From contig CT868004.1 in assembly GCA_000165425.1 (NCBI GenBank), positions 248,001-290,952 on the forward strand: a stretch of DNA of 42,952 bases, written 5' to 3'. The notes below the pieces were generated by a model. The model was not told the DNA's origin and made no database searches. It saw only the letters and a program-made list of their open reading frames with translations. This stretch comes from Paramecium tetraurelia. Its lineage: Eukaryota. Position numbers and translations under genes: made by a program. Shown here piece by piece: positions 26,649 to 38,743 of the stretch (position 1 is its first letter; each line of letters starts with the position of its first letter).

Positions 26649-28089
26649 TTAATGAGGATTGTTTTGCTTAAGTATTCTAAATGCTATCTTAAGCGCGGCA
26701 ATTTTGATATGTTCAACACCTTTCTTACAAGATTGTTATGCAACAAACGAAATGTTCATGTAAGTTTCGTAAAATCAATATTTTAATATTATAAATTTGG
26801 GTTCTTTTTCATATTTCTAAAATAATTGATTTATGATAGTGCAATCATTGATAATTAAATTAACTTCCGAATGATATATGCAAAATCAGCATTTATAAAT
26901 TCAAAATTTTACATCATTCTTTGAGTGTATTTCACTACTTCAATGCCTGATTTAAACATATTGAATGCAAACATATTATTTGAGATAAATAAGATTATCA
27001 ATAAGGAGAATTATATAATGATTGTTTTAAATTATAAAATTAAACCATATTTACTTGTATTTACACAATTAATATTGATTTAACATAACCATGATATGAA
27101 ATAAATGATTGTTTTAAAATATGATTTGAATAAAAACCTACTTTGGTAATGGAAAAATGGTTTTCTTGATGCCAATAATTAAAAATTAAAAGATTTATGA
27201 TTTTTCCTTACTGTCATTATTATTTTCATAGCCCAAACCTACATGGGGTAAGTAATACCTCTTGGAGTCTGAGGCTATATTCACAGAAACAGTTTTTATA
27301 TTAAATTATATTGTGGAATGCCGATTCATATGAAAATTAATGGCAAATACAATAATTTAGTTAAAGTTAATTATATTCATCATAATTATAGAGAATTCAA
27401 GCATCTACGCTACAATTATTATATTATATCTATAAATTTGAGGCAATAATATAAATTTATTTTAATATTTCTGTTGTTTAACCGATAATATAATCATAAT
27501 CTAAAGATCTTATGATGGATTTATTTTGTAAAAGTATATATTATCCATATAATTGCAATTTTGAAATATTCTCATAGAATTCTTTTTTGGCTTATTCAAA
27601 ATTATACTTCATTCTCAAATGTCAGGACACATATAGCACAAAAACAATAAAGAATGTCAACTTTACATGAAATGATATTGTTAGAATTACCTAAAGAAAA
27701 TATACATATAAGAAATTAAAGCTTTGTATCTAGAGAGAAAGCTTATAGTTGACTAAATTACAATATTAAATAACTAACAGGAATTATAAAGAAAATAATT
27801 ATGATCTTCAAATTTCTTAGTATTCAAAATATAGAGTAATACAACAAAGTAATGATTTGAAAAGATACATCCTTTTTAACATTAATTCATACCATTTTCT
27901 TTCACAGACTAAACTTAGAATTATAAATTTAATATAATAGTTTCTTAAATAATTGATTTACTTAAGGATGAAATCCTTCACTGGTTAAAGCATTTTTATT
28001 TGATTATCAAATTAATTCAATATTTACCAAATAGAAGCAACTAAAATAATTGTTAATTTAGTTATCAATATGATATTGATTCTATAGAA

Positions 28090-28419
28090 TCATTTTTTGA
28101 ATTCTTTATATCCAACATAGCAACCGCCTACTAATGCGCCGACTCCAATTGCTGGTAATGCAATGGATCCGATTCCTGACATTGCTAATCCTTAAGCTAT
28201 AGAAAAGGCACTTCCTGATGCAACACTTCCAATGCCGGCTTAAGCAGCTGCAGCAAAGCTTCCTGCAACTGGTCCTATGGAAGAGAATCCATAAAGTGCC
28301 AATCCAGCCTTAGTTAAAGCAGTGCTTGTTCCTGCAACAATAACTGTTATTAAGCTTCCGTTCTTGATATTATCTAATAATCCAGGCTTTTTAGGTTTGT
28401 CAAATGATTATGAATTCAT
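28090..28419 (-). CDS. IFI6/IFI27-like (ISG12/FAM14 motif) small Gly/Ala-rich membrane protein, 109 aa
   Basis: Intronless 330 nt: MNSQSFDKPKKPGLLDNIKNGSLITVIVAGTSTALTKAGLALYGFSSIGPVAGSFAAAAQAGIGSVASGSAFSIAQGLAMSGIGSIALPAIGVGALVGGCYVGYKEFKK. Matches the GF..G..AGS.AA..Q...G.V..GS.F...Q...M ISG12 pattern. Confidence 0.85.
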
Positions 28420-29324
28420 AATAGAAATGATGTTTTTATAAACAAAAGAATTTTAAACTCCATGATATAAAATTTCCAGATTCTAGAATTAAATAGAAAG
28501 TGAATTATTTTAATAAATATTAATAATAATTATAAAAATAAATGTAATTCAATAACACTTGTCAATATCTTATTTTAAGTGGGAGCATTCTAGGTATTTA
28601 ATTCAAGAATCTCAAAACAAAGAAATCAATTTGGATCAAGATTCAAAAATTACTTGGGTTTTATAATACCAAGATATTAGAACAAAGCGATGTTCTTTTT
28701 TAAAATAATCAGTAAATTAATAATAACTGTAAAAAAAGTATTTTCCTTTTCAATTATTATGTTAGAATTGTAAAAATTACAATTCATTCTTCCTCTAACA
28801 TCTAGAGTTCATATAGTGTTCTACTATAAGAATTGAGAGCATTGAAAAGATATTTTTTCAAAAGGATAAAAATACAACAAAGAGGATATCAATAGGAATT
28901 TGATGATATTAATTAAATTCAAACTATAATTTCAAGATAGGATTTATAAAGTCATAATGAATGTAAAACAAACAAAGATGTAGTTGTGGATTTCTTAAAA
29001 TTTTTGTTTTTTTATTCAACAAAAAGCATTTACTTTGAAAAATAATGTTGATTTTCCAAAAAAATAATGAAAAATTTATCTATAAAATTAGAATGATAAT
29101 ATATCTATTGTAATAAAAGGATTTCTACTTGTCTTTCTTTATGAAAAGTTTTAATGAAGTATTACCTTTTTTGTAAAGGTTTGCTTAAATATTTGATACA
29201 ATTTGTAAATGCTTAACATTAGTTTCCAAAAAAAGTGATAAATTTCGTTTTTCATAACTTATAGTTGCTTAGAAGAGATATATTTCTAAGCCAAAAATTA
29301 TGTATTAAATATTAAAATAAAACA

Positions 29325-30722
29325 ATGAATCAAAAATTAATTTGCCCTTCACATCACAATTTAATTCAAATAGTTTGTTTGAATGAAAAATGCTAATCAT
29401 TTCGATTTAGTTGTTATGAATGTTTAAACAAGGAGCATCATCTTAGCCATATTAGAGATGTAAAAACAATATAGGATTTTCTAGAATATAAATTACAAAG
29501 ACAAAAAGAAGATTAAGATTTTGCTAGTTAATTTTAACATTATCTTGAATAGATAATCAATGTTTTCAATTAAATAAGAAGCAAATTACTATTTTTATAA
29601 TCGAATAAAATGGATAATTTGGACTAAATGAATGAACTTTTGAACTTGTTTTTATAACAAAATTAGGATAAATTTGTCTCAATCATATTGAAAGTTTAAT
29701 AAGAGTTGTTATCTGTATTAAAGAACTACAGCGACAATCTTAATGAGATATAAATTAATTCATTCTAATCAAATCTAGGGAAATAGGATGTCAAATACTA
29801 ATTAATTTAAAATATAAAAGAAAGTCCTATTTACTCTTTTTCATTTAATTGCACTTCCTCAATGCTTGCTGCAGGTTATTCAACAGGTTAGATTGCTATA
29901 TTTGAATTAGGAACAGAATAAATTAGAAAATAGTAAATATTAAAAGAGCATAAAGGATCTGTTTATTCAATTGAATTTTTTTATCAGAAGGACTGTTTTA
30001 TTTCTGGAGGTCAAGATAGGATGATTTTAATATGGTCTTTTGAAAACAAACTCTGGATTTGTTAGTAAAGAATAGATGCTCATTCAGATTGGGTGAGCCA
30101 TCTTATTATTAATAAGAATAATACTCTCATTATCTCTAGTAGTGGAGATAAGACTATCTAGTTTTGGAATAAAGATGAATTATGGAAACGTTGCTAAACT
30201 ATAAATGCTCATTTAAATACAGTTAATAGTTTAAGTTTAAATGATTCTGAAGATCAATTGATCTCATGCTCATGTGATCATACAATAAAAATATTTGAAT
30301 TCAATAATTCAAATTGGATAATACTTTAAACAATCAAATTAGATAAATTAGGGTTTAGATTATGTTTTATTAATAATTTTACATTTGTTTTCCATTCTGA
30401 AAATTCAATAAATTTAAGTGTCTATAAACTCAGTTAATCAGATGGTTAATATCATCATATAAAAAATGTTTTGATCGAAAATGGGGATCATTGTGGCAAT
30501 TTATTCCCTTCTAAATACATAGGATCTAAAAATATTATATTAACTAAAAATGGATCTAAAGTAAATTTGATTAAAATATCTTCTGATGGAGAATTTTTAT
30601 TAGAAGAAGTTATTGATTTTGGTACTAGAAATTTATTTGGAAATATATCATATGATGGTGAATATATAGCCACATGGGATAAGATTACAAAATAGGTACA
30701 AATTAGAAAATTTGTTCAATGA
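29325..30722 (+). CDS. B-box-like zinc finger + coiled-coil + WD40-repeat protein, 465 aa, intronless
   Basis: N-terminus CPSHHNLIQIVCLNEKCQSFRFSCYECLNKEHHLSH, then a heptad-rich linker. WD repeats: EHKGSVYSI..FISGGQDRMILIW and AHSDWVSHL..ISSSGDKTIQFW. Ends FGNISYDGEYIATWDKITKQVQIRKFVQ-TGA; 1398 nt in frame. Confidence 0.9.
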
Positions 30723-31621
30723 TTTTTATTACCCAACAGTATTATCAATTGGAAGATTCTTTTTAAATTTTCGCAATAATTTTCTTGTAAATTAATACTA
30801 ATCTTCCAGTTAATCTTAAATATGGTATTGAAAAGTCTTTGATTCAATTTAGAATCTTTTCTTAATAAAATTGCATCTTTTATTAATCAATAATTTGAAG
30901 TTACTTTGCTAGAAAATGCTTAAAAAATGATCATTCAAGTACATTCATCCTTTACCTCCAAAAATCCAATTTTAACCATATCAACTAACCCTTCTATGAA
31001 AAACATTTTAACCACCATTCAAACAACCCAAAAATGATCTTTGTCAAATTTTATTCTTCACAATCTGCCAACATTTTACAATTAAAAAATCTTGTTATAA
31101 TTCTAAAGATCATTTCCATCAACATAGATAAATTACATTTTCGGCCACAAAAACTCTCCCCAATTCTAATATACTCTTCAATTAATGAACTCTCCGTATA
31201 ATTTGTTCAAATTCAATAAAACTTCTAATAACTTTTACTTAATTCTATTCATTTACAGTCGAATACAGATTCAACTCTCCTTTTAAACTGTCGATACAAA
31301 AGTTCCCTATCTTTAAATATATAAATCACAAAATGCCCAATCCCTATTAGGTGTTACTATGTAAGAAAAGCTAATTCAGTATTTATAAAATAAATGGTAA
31401 TGAGTTTTGATTAAATTTATTAAATTTATCAAGCTTCCAGAAAAAATAATAAGTCAGACAATTATCTAAGCAAATAGAATATTAATTATGTTTTAATCCT
31501 TTAGAAAATGATATTTTAATTAAAACATATAATTATTTCTTATAATATTAATAGAAAGAGCTAAATATCATATAAATTATGTAAAATATTTTATTCTCAA
31601 ATAATTTATCAAAAGTATTAA

Positions 31622-34021
31622 ATGATCCAGAATATAGGCTTACAGGATTTCGAAATCTGTTAGACACATAGAGAAAAAATAGTTTACATTGATAAAGAAT
31701 AATCAGACTCAGCAAAAAGGGCCCTATGCTATCAATGTGTTGCTGAATAGGAAAAAAATAGAAATCTAAAAATGATAGATAATATCAAAAGCCAACTATC
31801 TAATTTAATGGAGTATTTAATTTAAAACAGAGAATCGCGAACATAATAAAATATTGATTTGTTAAAAGAATTACATAATTTTTTACAATAATAATAAGGA
31901 AAATTTTGTTACTAAATAGAAAAATGTCAATAGAACATATATAATTAAATAAGTCTGTTACAAAAGGCTAACTTATAATACAAAAATAAAATAAGCCAAA
32001 TAACAATACATGATTTGAATAGTCCAGACAAACTAAAGTCTTAGATAAAAAAAGAAGTTATAGATTGCAAGGGTGTAAAGGAATTTTTGATAAAACAAAT
32101 AAATGGTTTTGAAGTATTTTCAATAAAGTAATAATTTGAAGAAAGAATATAAAAAATTGATTTTGGAGATTAAAATTTAGAATTAGAATAACTATGTAAT
32201 TTGGAATTAGTGAACAACGAAAATGAATAATAACAAAAGAATATTTGGAAGTGTGACCTACATAAGGAGGAGATTATGTTTATAGATTTGGGACATCAAT
32301 AAACTATTCCTAATCGATTGGCATGTAGAAAATGTGTGCCAAAATATAATATTTAGTTTACAAATATCGAAGATTTGTAAATGTAATGGTAAAAGTATGA
32401 TTAAGATACTCAAAAGTCAGCTTAGGCCTATCTAAATTTCCAAAAAAAGATTAATAATTAAATTTTAAAAACAATATAAGAATTCAAGACTGAAGTCAAT
32501 CAGGATATTGATGGATTATGTTAATTAATTTAAAAATCACTTTAATTCAACGTTTATGATTCATTTTACAAACCTTTTACATTGTTATAGAAAGATTGGC
32601 TAACCATTTCAAGGGATGAAATCATTATTATTGCAGATTCTATAAGTTAAAAAAATAGAGACTAAATTATTAAAGCAAATGTCAGAAATGAATTCAAAAA
32701 TAATGAGTAATTTATAAAAAATACTATTGCAAGTAATTTCTAAAAGATCTAAAGTCTTATCAATACATTATTATCTGAGATATAGGAAACAATACCTTAA
32801 GAAAACAATCTTTATCTATAAACTAAAAAACACTATTAAATAAGAAAACCAAAAAATTATTCATTTCTTGGTCCTACAACAACCCGTAATGAACAATTCC
32901 TTACTGAAAACTCTCCAACAATTAAGAGAGAATTTAATATTGAGTCTAATCGTGATTCTTTAGAAATAGATACAATTGATCGAGATTCTCCTTAATTAAA
33001 CAAGATTTCTAGGATGAAATCCCTTTTTAGGTAAAATTGGGCCAAAAACATTTAAAGGCCATTTCAATATGAAGTGGTCTGTGAGATTAATGAAAACTCA
33101 CAAACTTTTACCTTTGCCATTAATTCTTAATGTTCAATTTTGGTTTTGGGATAATATAGAGGACAAATCAAAGTTTTCTCATTTTCTAATGGATCATTAA
33201 AATTGATATAGGTTTTAAGTGAACATAATTTTAATGTAAAATGTCTTTACTTTATGAAACAATCTTCATCATTTTTATCTGGGAGCAATGATAGATCCAT
33301 AATAATTTGGGAGGAAGATTATAATAAAAGGTGGTATAGTTGTCAGAAATTAGTAGGTCATTAAGGGTATGTTTAATGTCTCATCATGAATACTTAAGAA
33401 AACCTTATAATTTCAGGTAGTTAAGATAAGACTATAATATTTTGGATCAAAGAAATTGATTGGAAGTGTCATTAGATATTGAGGGCACACGAAAATAGTG
33501 TAAGGAGTATTAGTTTAAATGCTGTTGAAGATTAATTAATATCTTGTGCAGAGGAAGATTTCAAAGTATTAGTTATATAACTTTAAAACGATCATAAAAC
33601 TTGGGCCATAGTACATGAGATTAAAGTAAATTACTGGGGTTCAAGTGTACTTTTCATAAATGAAAGTATGTTTGCATTCTAACCACATGGGATTGATTAG
33701 CTTTATCTCTTCAAATAATAAAGGAATTAGAAAAATTAATATATCTTTAAGGAATAGATAGCTATTAAAAGTGGACAAAATTGTACTGCTTTATTTCCTC
33801 TAGTTTTCATAAAGTAAAAATCTATTTTGATGACAAAAAATGGTCTATTTATCAATATAATTCGAAAAGATAAGAATGATGAATACGTAATTGAATAATC
33901 ATTCGAAAATTCTGTAAATTGTTGCGGAATTTAAGGAACTCTGTCATCAAATGGAGAATTTCTAATAATATGGGATGGACAAGTCAATAGGATCATAGTA
34001 AGGAGGTTTGAACAATATTGA
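31622..34021 (+). CDS. Tandem (zinc-finger-like + coiled-coil)x2 + WD40-repeat protein, 799 aa, intronless
   Basis: Modules CQTH..ALCYQC and CDLH..RLACRKC are each followed by coiled-coil. WD repeats: EHNFNVKCL..FLSGSNDRSIIIW and GHQGYVQCL..ISGSQDKTIIFW. C-terminal GTLSSNGEFLIIWD; 2400 nt in frame. Confidence 0.9.
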
Positions 34022-34881
34022 TTCTGATATTTGTAATATAATTTTAAACTATATATTGTAGATTTTATCTTATGTTATTGTATGATTGATTAATTTCAAA
34101 CATATCATTATTTTAATAAAAATAATTTTATTTTTGAAGATCCTTTTATGTGTATTTGAATTTCCTTTTAAATATAAATTTTATATACATTTATTCAGAA
34201 TCTTTATCAACTTATCTTATAGAAGATATTGTTATTATTTAATAAAGCTATCTTTTTCAAAGTGAAAATAAATATTTTTATCTTATAAATGATTCCTTAT
34301 GATATTCTATTTCAAAATTTATAGTTGCAATCTACATAATACTTTTATAAAATCTAAGAATAATGATTTATTTAACTACAACAAGAATATAGCTACAAGA
34401 TGAATATTAATGTATATATAACATAATTTAATTGAAAATAATTATTTCAAAAAATTAGTCTTTGGCGTTTGAACCTAGGACACTCTGACTGGAGGAAAAC
34501 CAGCAATTGCCAAGCCACAGAATACTGAAAGTCCTTCACACATGTCTAGAAATGGTATGAAATTGAAGAGTCATTTACTCAATATAGCATGGAAGAATTT
34601 AATTATGATTTTTGAATAATTTTCTCCTCAATTATTAGGTCAAAAAATGAACAAATATAAGGAAACTTTTATACACCATTGTAATCTCATAACTTAAATG
34701 CGTAAAATATAATTTTTTGTTTTAATATAAAAACGTGTGGATTTAGGAGGATTCAGAAAGAATTTGTAGAAACCCCTCAGATTTTGTAAACTCAAGCAAT
34801 CTCACAAAAAATTTTATCTATGAATTTCAAACCATAAAATCGGTTTTAATCTAACCACATAAAACTTATTCTGCTTCTTTC

Positions 34882-35031
34882 NNNNNNNNNNNNNNNNNNN
34901 NNNNNNNNNNNNNNNNNNNNNNNNNNNNNNNNNNNNNNNNNNNNNNNNNNNNNNNNNNNNNNNNNNNNNNNNNNNNNNNNNNNNNNNNNNNNNNNNNNNN
35001 NNNNNNNNNNNNNNNNNNNNNNNNNNNNNNN
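34882..35031. other. Assembly gap (150 N)
   Basis: Run of n characters. Confidence 0.99.
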
Positions 35032-35039
35032 CCGGCACG

Positions 35040-38000
35040 GCGCGTCTGGGATCTCGCCTAAGCGATTCCCTGAATAAATTTCTTGTTGAAGTTAAATTCC
35101 AAGTTTAATTAATGGTCCTAATAAACCAAGAATCAAAATTCCGATTTAGCAAAATCCTAACAAAATTTGAAATTCAGTTGTCAAATAATTATCAAAATCA
35201 GAGCAATAGACTAAACTTGTCAACGTAAAAAGCATTACTGGAGCTTCCATCAAAATTATTCCAATTAATTCTAATTTTGGTATATTTTATCTGATCATTA
35301 ATAAAGATCCAATATATGCAAAAATCAAAGCGGTTATCATTGCACATTAAAATATATCACTTTTTTAGAAATCAATTAATTTTAAGATGAAAATCAGTTT
35401 TTTCAATAAACATATGCCTTCATGTTAGTCATTTCTAAATTTCGAAATATCTAAGATTTTTAGTTAATCCTTTGCAATGTAGACTTAAAAAATAAGCGAA
35501 CATACTCAACACTCCAATAGAAATATATTAGGATATAATTAATCGATATCCTAATTCATTATTCGATGTCATAAATAGAATAACTTTAAAAAGTAAATCC
35601 CAAGCATTTGCATAATATATCTGCTTTAAACTTTTCATCGTATAGAGCTACTTTAAATTGATGAATTGTTAATTGAATTTATATATCTGAATTCCTATCT
35701 TTTCTAAAACTCTGTATTTACTTGAGCTAAAAAATTTAAAATAATTAGAGGAAAAAAAATATTTAAGAAGTATTTTGGATAGAATTATAAAAGGATATAG
35801 AGGAGAACAATCAAGCTAAGTTTGGATATCTAACTCTAAATATTTACTATTGTAGAGTGTCGAAAATTTCTACACTTGATTATGAATCTCCAACAAATAG
35901 CATTAGTACACTAACAGCTCCTAACCCTATCATTAAAGCATTCCCAAAATTTTTAAATTTTTTTGCAACATTAATTTACTCCTAAGTTAAAACTTTAGGT
36001 TTTTAGAGTAATATTGTTTATGTTGGGAGATCAACTGGCATATTATTGTTATCGATTAAACCTTAGTTAATTGAAATAGATAAATTTAGTAGAATTTAAG
36101 CAGTATCTAAAAATAAGACATCAAATTCAAATAAGGCAATTGTAAACTAAGTGTCATTTACATTCACTATTATAAAATAATGAAAATTAATCATACTGGA
36201 TGTATAGTTATTTAATATTGATCTTAATTTAAATTATGTATGTTAGATAAAATTGACTATGTAAAATTGAATTTCGAAATATATTTTACTTAATTAGAAA
36301 TCTACATTAAACATATTAATGTTCGTATGTTTGATTTTAATATATCAAAGAGAATATTGTTTTATAAAGCATTAATTAGGCTATTCCGAAGTGCAAATCC
36401 AATTTTCCTCTATTTTACAACGACTTGAACAGCCATCAAAATTGTCTTGATTAGCATCATCGCATTTCTCTGAATTTGTTTGATTTCAATCTCCACAATA
36501 TAATTTGTTATTTTGATTTTCTGAAATCAGTGTTTTTTGCATCCATCTGCAATTAACTCATATCCTTCTTAACATTCAAAGCATATACCTTGATTGCATT
36601 TAGAATAATAAAGATCACATTAAAATATACATTAATAGCAACCATCATTTGGAATATTATTTAAATCTTCACATCCTTCTGATCCAAATACTATTATTCC
36701 ATCTCCACATTTTGGTTTACATAATTTACTCACATCCAATTCAAAATATTCATAACATAAAAACAAAGTTTAGAAGTAGCACACGAGAAACAATTTTGAT
36801 CGTAAGCAAATTTACAATCATTACAATCATCATAAGAATTATAATTTCCATCATCCCATTACTCTTAAGATGAAACAGCAAGTTAACCATCTCCACACTG
36901 TTGATAACATTTATTATCTATAATTTGCCATCCTTCAATACAAGCATAGCATTATAATTCTATACATAATATGCATTCTAATTAGAAACTTGCTTAGCAT
37001 TTATAACATCCATCAAATTATACATTACTTTAGTCGTCACAAAATTCATATTCAATTGTAATTCCGTCATCACATTTAGGAATACATTCTTTCTTATTCC
37101 AAGATAACTTATAAAAAGTTTCGCATTCTAGACATTTATCAAACTGACTCTATAAAAAATTTAGTATTTTTTTTTACTGTAATAATAATATCCAAATCTC
37201 TCATATGTTTACACATTACAACCAACATTATTAATGGATAAAGAATCAGCAAATTAATAACTTAATAATTTATGATAATATACTGTAAACTATTTTTAAT
37301 AATTTGATTTTTAGTATAATTGCCATAATCTAAGAAATTAGAAATTTAAATAAAGGTTTTGTCCTCTGATTTTTAATCTCAAATTCCATTTATTTCAACA
37401 CATCTTTTCTCTACCAATTAATAATTTGATTGGTATTATACGTATTGACCATACACACATTATTTACAAAGTTGAATGCACGAAAACTTGCATTAAAATC
37501 AACCATCATATTCATATATATTCCCCTCATCACATTCTTCATTATGAGTAATTATTTGATCTCCAAATTTTGGTTAACATGTTTCTATACAATATCATAT
37601 TCCCATCCTTTCTAACACTCAATACAAACACCTCTAATACAATTACTACAACCTCGAGACAATCATAATTTCCTTAAAAGCATCCGTCAAAAGGATCTTT
37701 GTTCTCATCTATAGAAGTAACTCTATATTTTTGTGTATTAACGTACCCCAAAAGAAATAAGGTTTACCTCCAAATATCAATCAGTTCCACAAAAAGTGAA
37801 GCATCCCTGTCCATATTAGATTACCCAATCCAGATTATGTATTTTAACTACTATTATACCATTTTAATAGGCTGATCTAAAAATTAAGAATAAACTAAAG
37901 TTTAGTCATAGAGTGACGCATTCAGTAGCTAAATAAGAAGTAATCTTGTCCAATTCATAATTGCTGTAAGAAGCAATCATTTCATTATGTCCTAATGATT

Positions 38001-38512
38001 TAATCATTTTTAATTCTATAAAATAATAAATTATAGTTGGAATGTACATAAATCAGGTGATTCAGAATTGTTATTATTTAATCCAAACTAGATTGCTATT
38101 AGTTTATTATGAAAATCTACCTAATGCATTTTAAAATAGATATATAAATGTTGGGAATATTAGAAAAAATTAATAGAAATGAATTTTAATTAAATTTAGT
38201 CACCAATTCAAATTAAAAATATAAAGCGAGATAAAAGCGTAATGTAATTATTTCTATCTTCACTGCTGCCAACTCTTACTTAATTTATCAATGACTAAAT
38301 TTAAGCTGAATCATTATCAAGTTTCCCCGATAATCCTACCTGAAAGATAATTTAAAACAAAGACTCAGAATAATTTAGAATTCTATATTACTAATCAATA
38401 ATTATTATAATAATATGTATGAATTCCCCAATAAGAAATAAGTTTTTCTATCCAAGTCCAGTTGACTATTATTTATTATAAGTTAATTTTATTTAATTAA
38501 ACATAATATCAT
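35040..38512 (-). pseudogene. Pseudogene of a Cys-rich repeat (Myxococcus cysteine-rich/DUF4215-type, CGDG..E.CDDGN...DGC) surface membrane protein
   Basis: Repeats such as DENKDPFDGCF, FGDQIITHNEECDEGNIYEYDG*FQC (TGA at 37499-37501) and CGD*NQTNSEKCDDANQDNFDGCSSRCKIEENWIC (TGA at 36486-36488). Frameshifts between repeats. TM segment LMIGLGAVSVLMLFVG downstream. Boundaries approximate. Confidence 0.85.
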
Positions 38513-38743
38513 AATAATAAATTAAAGAGAGAAGTCTAATTTCTTGATTGATTGATATCAGCAAATAGGTTTTTTATTCATTTATCAATAAATATGATAA
38601 CAGATATTTTAAGGTTTTGAAAGAAATATAGTTTCTTGTATTATAATCAATAATACATGATACATGTGTATGAGTCTCAAAATTTACACAATCTGCTTTC
38701 TAAAAAGAATAAAGTTTAGAATTTTTTATTTATTTTATTAAAA

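Noticed and set aside
28465..28500. Heat-shock element upstream of the IFI27-like gene (ttctagaa)
   Set aside because: Only two adjacent nGAAn units, which is common by chance in AT-rich DNA.
27150..29280. Coding-like fragments flanking the IFI27-like gene
   Set aside because: Short hydrophobic or helical-looking pieces interrupted by TGA. No family could be assigned with confidence.
34458..34525. tRNA-like A-box/B-box look on the minus strand (tggcttggc...ggttcaaacgcc)
   Set aside because: The T-stem does not pair and no acceptor or anticodon stems can be formed.
35032..35070. GC-rich 40-mer (ccggcacggcgcgtctgggatctcgcc) as a regulatory or mobile-element end
   Set aside because: It directly abuts an N gap, so it is most likely low-quality contig-end sequence. 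No partner repeat was seen.
36486..37501. UGA read as Cys or selenocysteine in the Cys-rich gene
   Set aside because: TGA also replaces Gly, frameshifts co-occur, and intact genes in the window use TGA as stop.
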